From assembly GCA_963774695.1 (NCBI GenBank), contig CAVZFY010000007.1, positions 369,069 through 433,068 of the forward strand: DNA of 64,000 nt, read 5' to 3'. The position numbers and the translations under genes were made by a program. The notes below the pieces were generated by a model that was not told the DNA's origin, made no database searches, and saw only the letters and a program-made list of their open reading frames with translations. Shown piece after piece: positions 10,530-19,058 of this stretch. The DNA is from an uncultured Chloroflexia bacterium. Lineage in GTDB: Bacteria; Chloroflexota; Limnocylindria; Limnocylindrales; CSP1-4. Position 1 is the stretch's first letter; every line of letters starts with the position of its first letter.

Positions 10530-13500
10530 TCAGGCGGTCGTCTCGTCCGTCGCGCCCAGGGTGAGCCCGGCGCGCGAGGCGATCACCGCCGCTTCGACGC
10601 GATTCGTCGCTCCGAGCTTGTCGAGGATGTGGGTCACGTGGCTCGACGCCGTCTTGGTCGTGATGAACAGGGCCCGCGCGATCTCGCCGTTCGTCCGGCC
10701 GTCCGCGACGAGCGCGAGGACCTCGAGCTCCCGGGCGCTCAGGCCCAGGTCCTCCGGCCTGGCCGGCGCCGCGGCCGAGGACCGGCCCGGTTCGACCGGG
10801 TCGCGGATCGGCTCGGTCAGGTCGATGCGCGCCCGGCGCGCCAGACCTTCGATCGACGCGATCATCGGTCCGGCGCGTAGCAGGCTGCAGGTGGCGTGAG
10901 CGGCCCGCAACAGCTCTGTCGGCATGGTCTTGGTTCGGTCCTTGACGAGCAGCGCCTCCGCCCGGCGAAAGCGCGCGTACGCGACCGAGAAGGGCATCGG
11001 AACCCGCTCGTATGCAACCTCGATCGCGGCCCACAGGTCGGGGTCGGAGGCACCGGCGAGTCGGGCCAGCTCGCCATCGGCAAGCTGGGCGGCGGCGACC
11101 TTGGACGGCGTCGGCTCCAGCCATCCGGCGAGGATCGCCCGCTGCCGGACGACATCGGCGCCGAGGATCTCACCGGCAGCGGCCGCCTCGGCGGCGTTCG
11201 GGGCGTCGCGGCGTGCCCGACCGGACTCCGCCAGGTCGGCGGCCGCCCGGAGGCCGTTCGCGGCGATCCCGAGGCGAAGGCCAACGGATGGGTAGTCGGC
11301 GTCGAGTGCCTGCGTGGCCATCGTGACGGCACCCTTGAGATCGCCCTGGACCAGGAGCACGTCGACCCCCGACCGAACGAGCTCGAGTCTCGCGAGCTCC
11401 GGGAGGCCCTCGGGAAACATGTCGAGGATCGCCGCGAGCGACGCGGAGGCCTCGTCCGTGCGGCCCATCGCGGCGAGCAGTCGGGCACGCACGGAGAGGC
11501 CCCAGACCCGTCCATGGCCGATGTCGAGCCCGTGGCTCATGGTCGTCTCGGCCTCGTCCCACCTGCCGAGCTCGAACAGGGCCCAGCCGGCCTGACCGCG
11601 GAACATCGCACCGAATCGTCGATCAAGCCCGAACCGGCGAGCGTCATCCGCGCCCCGATTGGCCACGACGATGGCCTCTTCGAAGTGGTCCGTATCGACG
11701 AGGCACTCGGCGAGACTGTCCGTTGCGAACAGGAGCCCCTCGACGCTGCCGGCGTCGGCTGCCGTCTGGCGCGCTTCGCTCAACCGATCGATCGCTTCGC
11801 GGCTCGAACCCGCGAAGTGAAGGGCGTCGCCCAGGATCCCCAGTGCCTCGACCTCGAACGAGCGGACGCCACTCTCACGTGCGGCTTCCACCGCTTCACG
11901 GGCGAGCTCGATCGCACGTCCGAACCGGCCGTGCCAGAACTGCACCGCGGCGAACCGGCCCAGCACCTGCGCGCGGTCACGCATCGGCGTGTCCGGGCCG
12001 ACGAGCGCCGCCGCCTCTTCGAGGGCGCGCTCCGCCGGTGCGAAGTGACCGGCGTACCAGAGGAGCTGACCATAGTCGGCCTTCAGGGTCCCGGCGCGCG
12101 CCGGATCGCTCGACGGGTCGATCATGGCGAGCGCACGTTCGGCAAGCTCGATGGCCCGCTCGTGGCGTCCGACCAGGTCCGCCGCCCACGCCGCTCGGAT
12201 GAGGAGGTCGATGTCGTCCAGGCCGTGGGCGACCAGGATCTCGTTCCGAACGTCGCCCTCGACGCGATCCTGGAGCTCGAGTGCCGCCTCCCAATGGTCG
12301 AGGGCCGAGGTGGAGGCATGGACCGCAGCGGCCGCGAGCGCGGCCTCGATCGACGACCGGTACGCCTCCGTTGGTCGATCGGCCGCCTGCCAGTGTCTGG
12401 CCGCCTCTCCGGCCGCCCAGCGGGCGCCATCGGCCGGTGCAGGTCGAGCCTCGAGCGCCGCTGCGATGCGCTCGTGGAGATCCCGCCGCTCGCCCGACGT
12501 GAGGTCCTCGACGATCGCCTCTGCGAACAGCCCGTGGCGGAACCGGTAGCCGACCTCGTCCGCGACCAGCACCTGGCCGTCGACGGCCTGGCGGACCGGG
12601 GTCAGGTAGTCGCCCTCCGCTCCACCGAGCACGGCCGCGAGCAGCCCCTCATCGAATGGGCGACCAACGACCGCCGCTGCCCGCAGCGCCGCGGCACTCG
12701 GATCCGCCAACGCCCGCACCTTGGCGAGGAGCATCTCAGAGAGCGCGTCCGGAAGCGTCGCGGAGCCGGAGCCGGCAGCTGACACCAGCTCCTCGGTGAA
12801 CAGCGGGTTGCCGCCCGATCGCTCATGGATGCGCTTGGCGAGCTGGCCATCGGCGCTCGCCCCGAGGATCGCATCGACCTGCATCGACGTCTCCGACGGC
12901 GTGAGCGGCTCCAGGGTGAGCATCGTGGTGCGGGGGTGGCGGCCCAGGTCAGCGATCCAGGCGAGGAGCGAATGGCCGCGCGGGAGGTGCTCCGTCCGGA
13001 ACGTCAGGATCAGGAGCACCCGCTCGTCGCGGAAGTTGTTGATGAGGAACGAGATCAGGTCGCGCGTCGCTGGATCGGCCGCCTGGACATCTTCGAGCAC
13101 GACGGCCGTCGGCCGCTCCGTGCCCATCCGGCTCAGCGCGTCCAGGAGCTGGTCGAACAGCCGCGACTGCGCCTCACGCCGGTCGAGGTCGGGATCCTGG
13201 CCCGCCCTCGGGTCGCCCGCGATGTCCGCTGCTGCCTCGCTCGAGCCCAACGCGGGAACGAGACGAGCGAGCTCGTCCCGAGCCCCGCCGAGCACGGTCG
13301 CGACCCGATCCTGACCCACGGTGCGGATGAGGTCCCGAAGGATCGTCGCCACCGGCCCGAGCGGGAGATCCCCGGTCGTGAGCTCGAGGCAGTTGCCGAC
13401 GAGCACGCGCATGTCCCGTGCCCGGGCTTCGTCCCCGAATTCAGTGACGAGGCGGGTCTTGCCGACGCCGGACACGCCAAGAACCATGACGACCGAAGGG

Positions 13501-13613
13501 TTCCCGTCAGCCGCGCCGGCGAGCGCATCGGACAGGGCCGCCAGCTCCTTCGCACGCCCGACGAATTGGGGACTCGACACCCCGGCGCTCATGCGCGCAG
13601 TATGCAGCGTCAA
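10530..13613 (-). CDS. LAL-family transcriptional regulator (N-terminal AAA/STAND ATPase, central TPR-like helical region, C-terminal LuxR-type HTH)
   Basis: Walker A VMVLGVSGVGKTRLVTEF near the N-terminus. C-terminus LSARELEVLALVADGRTNGEIARALFITTKTASSHVTHILDKLGATNRVEAA is a LuxR/GerE HTH. 1027 aa, intact. Confidence 0.85.
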   Translation of the reverse strand: MTLHTARMSAGVSSPQFVGRAKELAALSDALAGAADGNPSVVMVLGVSGVGKTRLVTEFGDEARARDMRVLVGNCLELTTGDLPLGPVATILRDLIRTVGQDRVATVLGGARDELARLVPALGSSEAAADIAGDPRAGQDPDLDRREAQSRLFDQLLDALSRMGTERPTAVVLEDVQAADPATRDLISFLINNFRDERVLLILTFRTEHLPRGHSLLAWIADLGRHPRTTMLTLEPLTPSETSMQVDAILGASADGQLAKRIHERSGGNPLFTEELVSAAGSGSATLPDALSEMLLAKVRALADPSAAALRAAAVVGRPFDEGLLAAVLGGAEGDYLTPVRQAVDGQVLVADEVGYRFRHGLFAEAIVEDLTSGERRDLHERIAAALEARPAPADGARWAAGEAARHWQAADRPTEAYRSSIEAALAAAAVHASTSALDHWEAALELQDRVEGDVRNEILVAHGLDDIDLLIRAAWAADLVGRHERAIELAERALAMIDPSSDPARAGTLKADYGQLLWYAGHFAPAERALEEAAALVGPDTPMRDRAQVLGRFAAVQFWHGRFGRAIELAREAVEAARESGVRSFEVEALGILGDALHFAGSSREAIDRLSEARQTAADAGSVEGLLFATDSLAECLVDTDHFEEAIVVANRGADDARRFGLDRRFGAMFRGQAGWALFELGRWDEAETTMSHGLDIGHGRVWGLSVRARLLAAMGRTDEASASLAAILDMFPEGLPELARLELVRSGVDVLLVQGDLKGAVTMATQALDADYPSVGLRLGIAANGLRAAADLAESGRARRDAPNAAEAAAAGEILGADVVRQRAILAGWLEPTPSKVAAAQLADGELARLAGASDPDLWAAIEVAYERVPMPFSVAYARFRRAEALLVKDRTKTMPTELLRAAHATCSLLRAGPMIASIEGLARRARIDLTEPIRDPVEPGRSSAAAPARPEDLGLSARELEVLALVADGRTNGEIARALFITTKTASSHVTHILDKLGATNRVEAAVIASRAGLTLGATDETTA

Positions 13614-13737
13614 TCGGTCGACGCTCCGCGTCGACGATGCAACCGGGCCAGGGATTCGCGGACCGCGGCGGCGGAGATCGCGGGGGCCTCCGCGACGCGA
13701 CCGACCACGTTCTCCAGGCCCGAGGCTCTAGGAGGGT

Positions 13738-14079
13738 GTGATGGTGACCGAGGAAAACGCGGGCAAAGCCTGGGAACAGATCGATGTCTCGACGCTCGAC
13801 CCACAGGACGGCACAGGGGTCCCCTTCAACCTCGTCGTCAACCGGTTCAAGAGCAGCTCGCAGGATTGCGAGGACTTCATCCACGATCCGCTGACGGTGA
13901 TGCGAGCGGCCCGGGAGCTTGACGAGTTCGGGCTGAACGAGGGCGATTGGAAGGTGACGACGCTGGTCCTGAATCACCACCAGACGCTGTCGGCGACGCA
14001 CCTGCACGTCCTCGCCGCCATCGCTGACGACGAGAAGACGGTCGCGCTCACGCTCGTGAAGAAGCCCCCGAACCCGTAG
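13738..14079 (+). CDS. Hypothetical 113-aa protein; visibly lower GC than its neighbours
   Basis: Clean ORF MMVTEENAGKAWEQIDVSTLDPQDGTGVPFNLVVNRFKSSSQDCEDFIHDPL... with GC3-biased but AT-richer codons (gaa, aaa, aac). Divergent from the LAL regulator with a 124-nt spacer. No family recognised. Confidence 0.5.
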   Translation: MMVTEENAGKAWEQIDVSTLDPQDGTGVPFNLVVNRFKSSSQDCEDFIHDPLTVMRAARELDEFGLNEGDWKVTTLVLNHHQTLSATHLHVLAAIADDEKTVALTLVKKPPNP

Positions 14080-14099
14080 ACATCGGGGTCGTCTCGACC

Positions 14100-14562
14100 T
14101 TGTCGTATGAGGTCGTCCTCGGGGAGGTGAAGGCGCGCCCGATCGCGGCCGTGCACACGACCGTTCCCGTCGGACAGGTCGGCGCAGTGTGGCGGCCGGC
14201 CCTCGACCAGGTCTGGGCGTTCCTGCGAACGCATGACGGCCTTCGAACGGACGGCCACAACATCTTCGTCTACCGCCATCCGGCACGGCCCGGCGCGCCG
14301 ATGGAGGTCGACTTCGGGGTCGAGGTCAGTCGTCGCCTTCGAGGACGAGGACGACATCGTGTTCACGCATACGCCGGCCGGCCACGTCGCCTCGACCGTG
14401 CACATCGGACCGCCCGATCGGCTCGGCGACGCCAACGTCGCCATCGAGGCCTGGTGTCTCGCCAACCAGCGCACGCTGGCGGGCGTCTCGTGGGAGATCT
14501 ACGGCGATCCGGGCGATGACCCGGCGACGTTCGAGGTGCGGGTCTTCTACCTCCTCGGATGA
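14100..14562 (+). CDS. GyrI-like small-molecule-binding domain protein (frameshift near 14330)
   Basis: MSYEVVLGEVKARPIAAVHTTVPVGQVGAVWRPALDQVWAFLRTHD...NIFVYRH...MEVDFGVEV continues in the next frame as VAFEDEDDIVFTHTPAGHVASTVHIGPPDRLGDANVAIEAWCLANQRTLAGVSWEIYGDPGDDPATFEVRVFYLLG. Confidence 0.6.
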
Positions 14563-15719
14563 GCGGGACCCACTACTGTGGGCCAATGACCGACGAGCGC
14601 GCCGCCCCCGCGACAGCCGGCGAGCGGCGCACGGACGGGAAGGCGCAGGCAAGGCCGAGCAGGCGAACGATCCTGGCCCGCCTTGGGCTGCTGATCGGCG
14701 TCATGGCCGTCGTCTTCGTCCTGGTCCTGCCGAGGATCGTCGACTACGGCGCGGTCGCGGCGGCGCTCTCGACCCTCACCGCGGGCCAGCTCGCCGTCCT
14801 CGTCGCCGTGACGGGCCTCGCCTATGTCGCGAACGCCGCGCCGAGCTGGATCATGGTCCCGGGCCTGTCATGGCCGCACGCCATCGGCGCCGACCTCGCC
14901 GGACGCGCGGTGGTCAGCACGATCCCCGGGCCGACCGACGTGGCAACGAGGTTCGTGCTCTACCGGCAGTGGTCGATTCCCGCCGACACCGCGACGGCGG
15001 GGCTCGTGTTCAACGCGTTCTTCGAGACGCTCTCGGACCTCGTGCTGCCGTTGATCGCGACGATCGGCGTCCTGGTCGCCGGCAACCAGCCCCGTCCGCA
15101 GGTGGTCCTGCTCGCGGTGGTCGGGATCGTGATCCTCGCGGTCGCGATGGTGGTGCTGGTGACGATCGTCCGGTCGGAGGCGCTCGCCGGTCGCCTCGGT
15201 CGGGCGCTGGATGCCGTCGCGCGACGACTCTGGCCCCTGGTCCGCCGCAAGCCGCCGTCCGGGATCGTCGAGGGCATCATCCGGCTCCGGGTGCGATCGC
15301 ACGACATGCTGTCGCGACGCGGCGCCCTCGGCTTCGGGGCGGCCGTCCTCGCGCGACTCGCCTGGTTCCTCGTGCTCGAGGTCGCGCTGTGGTCGGTCGG
15401 CGTGACCTGGGAGGAGCTCCCGCCGTCGGCCGTCCTGACCGCGATGACGGCCGTCGCGCTCGTCGCCCTGATCCCGATCACGCCCGGCGCGGTCGGCGTC
15501 AGCGAGATCGCCTACATCGGCCTGCTGTCCGCCGTTGCCGGCGATGCCATGACGGCGCCCATCACCGCGGCGATCATGCTGTTCCGGACCGTCCAGTGGT
15601 TCGTCCCGATCCCGCTCGGCTGGATCCTGCTCGTGATCATGCGGGGCAGCCAGTGGCGCGAGCTCGAGGCCGAGGCCGAACCCGAGGCGGATGGCGCGGG
15701 CGTCGCCGCGGCGTCCTGA
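14559..15719 (+). CDS. Flippase-like (lysylphosphatidylglycerol synthase TM-region / UPF0104) integral membrane protein
   Basis: 386 aa with ~8 predicted TM helices: RLGLLIGVMAVVFVLVLPRI..., GVSEIAYIGLLSAVAGDAMTAPITAAIMLFRTVQWFVPIPLGWILLVIM. Architecture matches the PF03706-like TM domain. Overlaps the GyrI-like stop. Confidence 0.6.
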   Translation: MSGTHYCGPMTDERAAPATAGERRTDGKAQARPSRRTILARLGLLIGVMAVVFVLVLPRIVDYGAVAAALSTLTAGQLAVLVAVTGLAYVANAAPSWIMVPGLSWPHAIGADLAGRAVVSTIPGPTDVATRFVLYRQWSIPADTATAGLVFNAFFETLSDLVLPLIATIGVLVAGNQPRPQVVLLAVVGIVILAVAMVVLVTIVRSEALAGRLGRALDAVARRLWPLVRRKPPSGIVEGIIRLRVRSHDMLSRRGALGFGAAVLARLAWFLVLEVALWSVGVTWEELPPSAVLTAMTAVALVALIPITPGAVGVSEIAYIGLLSAVAGDAMTAPITAAIMLFRTVQWFVPIPLGWILLVIMRGSQWRELEAEAEPEADGAGVAAAS

Positions 15720-15768
15720 TGTCCGGGCTGTTCGAGGACGCGCTACGGCGTGTCGACGTCGACGGGGA

Positions 15769-16026
15769 TCAGGAGGGCGGCTGGTTGTTCTGCTGCTGCG
15801 CCAGCTGCTTCTGGACTTCCTGATCGATCTCGTTCTGGCGGCGCTGCCGAGCCCGCCGCACGATGATCAGGCCCATGACCCACGGCCAGATGAGCGCCAC
15901 GACCAGGCCGACGAGGATCGCCAGCGCCCAGTTGGGTGTCGCCGGTGTCGCCGTCCCGCCGGTGAGCCAGTACACGAGCAGGAATGCCAACACTCCGAGG
16001 ATGATCCCGGTGATCCGCCGAATCAT
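15769..16026 (-). CDS. Small 2-TM membrane protein (85 aa) with a Gln-rich tail
   Basis: MIRRITGIILGVLAFLLVYWLTGG...ALAILVGLVVALIWPWVMGLIIVRRARQRRQNEIDQEVQKQLAQQQNNQPPS. Convergent with the flippase-like gene. Confidence 0.45.
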   Translation of the reverse strand: MIRRITGIILGVLAFLLVYWLTGGTATPATPNWALAILVGLVVALIWPWVMGLIIVRRARQRRQNEIDQEVQKQLAQQQNNQPPS

Positions 16027-16301
16027 TGCGTGCCCTCCATCCCTCGGGCCGCCTCGCGCATGCTGCGCAGCGCCGTCGATCGGAGCCTAGGCGTCGCGGG
16101 GTCGGCCCGTCAACCGAATCGAGCGCCGTCAAGGCTCCAGCCCTGCGGAGGCGCGCCAGGTCGCGCGGCTCAGCCGGCCCCGGCGATGCACGACGCCCGG
16201 AGCTGGCCGACGTAGACCGACGTCACGCTCGATGGGGCACCTGGGCCTCCGGCTGGCGGCGGACAGATCTCGAGGTAGGCCGCCAGCGCCAGGCGCGAGC
16301 G

Positions 16302-17058
16302 TCAGCCGATCCGCTCGGCGAGCGCCACGATGATCCCCTCCGGCCCGCGAACGTACGCCATGCGCCAGATGTCCTCGTACTGACCGATGCCGCCGACGAG
16401 GCCGTAGCCGTCCGCGGCCAGCTTGTCGACGATCGCCTGAAGGTCGTCCACCTCGAAGGCAGATGTTCCGCAGCCCCAGCTCGGTGGACATGGCGTTGGG
16501 CGTTCCCGGTTCGTGGTCAGGGCGGATGAAGCTCGACAGCTCCAGCCTGGTTCCCCCGTCGGGCGGCACCAACGTGAGGATCTCGGAACGGGAGTTCGGG
16601 ATGCCGATGACGGTGTCGACGAACTCGCCCTCCATGAACATCCGGCCCTCGACCTCGAAACCCAGCCCGACGAAGAACGCCGCGACCATGTCGAGGTCCG
16701 CGACCGTGATGCCGACGTGGTCGAAGCGTCGAATGCTCGTCAATGTGCGCAGCACCTTCTCCAGCGCCTTGCCCTTCGCGAGCTCGTCCACCAGCTTGTC
16801 GAGGTAGCGGATCTGCTGCATCAGCGGGTCATCGATCGTCTCGACGCGCACGCCGCAGATCACGCCCGTGATCAGCCCTGCGTTCGGGTTCAGCCGCGCC
16901 GCCGCGAAGAAGTCCGCGAAGGTCGTGCCGGCGGCGAGGTGCCGCTCGAGCTCGGCCTCGTCGAATCCCGTGAGCCAGCAGATCACGGCGTCGAGCTCGT
17001 CCTGCGTGCGGCCCTTCCGCTCCACCTTCGCGAGGTAGAGCGGGTAGACCGAGGCCAC
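16302..17058 (-). CDS. DUF2200 domain fused to a VOC/glyoxalase domain (frameshift near 16440-16460)
   Basis: MASVYPLYLAKVERKGRTQDELDAVICWLTGFDEAELERHL...GVICGVRVETIDDPLMQQIRYLDKLVDELAKGKALEKVLR (DUF2200), then FDHVGITVADLDMVAAFFVGLGFEVEGRMFMEGEFVDTVIGIPNSRSEILTLVPPDGGTRLELSSFIRPDHE (VOC). The C-terminus AFEVDDLQAIVDKLAADGYGLVGGIGQYEDIWRMAYVRGPEGIIVALAERIG* is recovered in another frame, with its stop at 16302. Confidence 0.6.
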
Positions 17059-17095
17059 GGTCGTCGAGAAGATCCGGTGTCTGCGGTCGTCGTGC

Positions 17096-17458
17096 TCACT
17101 GCGTCACCGCGAACCAGCGGCCCTCGGGATCCGAGAAGGCGAAGCTCGCCGTCCCTTGGTGGTCGCCCACGTCCGTCGCCTGCACCCCGCGTCCAACGAG
17201 GGCACCGTGCGTGGCCTCGAGGTCGTCGACCGTGAAGGCGATCGACGGTGTCGCGAGGTCGAGGCCGTCCGGGTTGTCCTTCATCAGCTCGAGCGGCACG
17301 AGCTCGAACGCGAACGGCTGGTCGGCGAACCCGACCTGGACGATCGTGAAGCTCCCCGCCTCGGACCGCCGCTTCTCGACCATGCCGACCTGCTCGACCC
17401 AGAACCTGCGGCAGGCCTCCGCGTCATTCACGTACAGCACGACGTATCCAACCTTCAT
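17096..17458 (-). CDS. VOC family (glyoxalase/bleomycin-resistance/dioxygenase) protein
   Basis: MKVGYVVLYVNDAEACRRFWVEQVGMVEKRRSEAGSFTIVQVGFADQPFAFELVPLE...TVDDLEATHGALVGRGVQATDVGDHQGTASFAFSDPEGRWFAV. 120 aa, intact. Confidence 0.75.
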   Translation of the reverse strand: MKVGYVVLYVNDAEACRRFWVEQVGMVEKRRSEAGSFTIVQVGFADQPFAFELVPLELMKDNPDGLDLATPSIAFTVDDLEATHGALVGRGVQATDVGDHQGTASFAFSDPEGRWFAVTQ

Positions 17459-17866
17459 GAGCGACTCCTACCGATCATGGCGCCTTGTCGGCGACTTTGG
17501 CGCCCAACGCCTCCAGGTGGGTCAAATCGCGCTCCCGGATGCACGGACCGATCATCACCGCAACGACGACGGTTGCGCCGTTGCCCGACATGGCGCAACT
17601 TGGCACCGTGAACGCGCAGCCACTCAACCCGCCGAGCGAGCCGTCCCAGGAACCGACCGCGCCTCCGCCGCCCCCCGGCTCGCCTGCCACGGCGGTCGCG
17701 AGGCTGGTCCAGCGAGCCGTTCGAGACGCGCGAGGTCCGCAAGGCCCGGGAGCGGGCTGATCGCGCCGCTCGGCGAGCGGACCGGGCTGCGCGCCGCGTC
17801 CACAAGGCGCAGGAGCGGGCGGGAGGGCAGTGGTCGGGTGGGCAGTGGTCGGGAGCCCGCCAACTC

Positions 17867-18962
17867 GTGGACGCGGCGGGCGACGCCGCGACGGCGGCGC
17901 TGACGGCCGTGTCCGCCGCGGCCGACGAGGCGCAGGCGAGGCTCGCGGCGAAAGCGCGGATGCGGGAGCTCGAGCACGCGGTCGTCACCGCTCGTGCGGG
18001 GGGTCCGGTGGACGTCTCGCCGCCGACGAGAGACGAGGCGCTGAAGCTGGCCAACCGGGTGGATCCCGGCTCGTCCGGGGCGTCGTTCGTCCGGGGCGTC
18101 GGGTTCATCCTCGCCGGGATCGCTGCGCTCGCGATGATGATGATCGGCGGGTTCGGCTGGCTGGGCGTTGTCGCGCCGCTGGCCATCCTCATCGTCGGTG
18201 GCTCGCTCGGGGATCGAGTCCAGATGGCGGACCGGAGCCGCAAGGCAGGTCGGATCCAGCTCGAGCTCGCGCGCGCCAGCCTCGCTTCCACCGAACGTGC
18301 TCGCGGTGTGGCCATGGCTCGGCGAGGCCGACCGGGTGGGACCCGCCCCAGCCGCTGGGGCTCCGACGGTGACGGCGGCACCCATCACCGAACGGCCGAG
18401 GCTGATCGAGCACGGCGACCCCCGGACCCGCGTCGAGGTCCTGGCCGTGCTCGACCGCCTCGTCGCGAACGTGCGCGGGTTGGTGCCGGAGACCGACGTG
18501 GCGACCGTGCGGCGCATCCGCGACACCGCCGCCCTCGCCCTGCCGACGACCGACGGGCCGCTCGACCTGACCGACCACGAGACGTGGCTGCTGCGCCAGA
18601 TCTGCATCGACTACGTGCCCGGCGCCCTGGAGCACTTCATCGCGCTGCCGTCTGACCTGGCTTCGGAGCCGGTGCTCGACGGCCGAACCGCCCGGCAGGT
18701 GCTGGACGAGCAGCTCGCGCTGATCGAGAGCCGACTCGACGAGATGGCCACCCGCTCCTACCGGAGCGAGGCCGGCGGGCTGCTCGACCACGCCCGGTTC
18801 GTCGCCGACAGCCTTCGCCCGGACCCGTTCCAGGCATCGCTCGCCGAGCTTGCCAGCAACGATCCCGAGCGGATGCTGGTCGCAGCGCCGGAGCAGATCC
18901 ATGCCGCCGAGGCATCGCTGGCCACGGGCGAGGCCATCGCCCGGACGCGCGAGCGCGCGTAA
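17867..18962 (+). CDS. Hypothetical membrane protein: N-terminal helical region, TM hairpin, then a ~220-aa soluble C-terminal domain. Frameshift near 18290-18330; the true start may be upstream near 17585.
   Basis: Frame 1 reads ...ASFVRGVGFILAGIAALAMMMIGGFGWLGVVAPLAILIVGGSLGDRVQMADRSRKAGRIQLELARASLAS. Frame 2 reads ...ITERPRLIEHGDPRTRVEVLAVLDRLVANVRGLVPETDVATVRRIRDTAALALPTTDGPLDLTDHETWLLRQICIDYVPGALEHFIALPSD...RTRERA*. No family recognised. Confidence 0.4.
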
Positions 18963-19058
18963 CCCGCCGCCGACCGACCATCGCGGAGCATCGCCGGTGC
19001 GCGACGTGCTCCCTCCCCGCCATCACGCCACATCAGGCAGAACCAGTACCCTTCTGGC

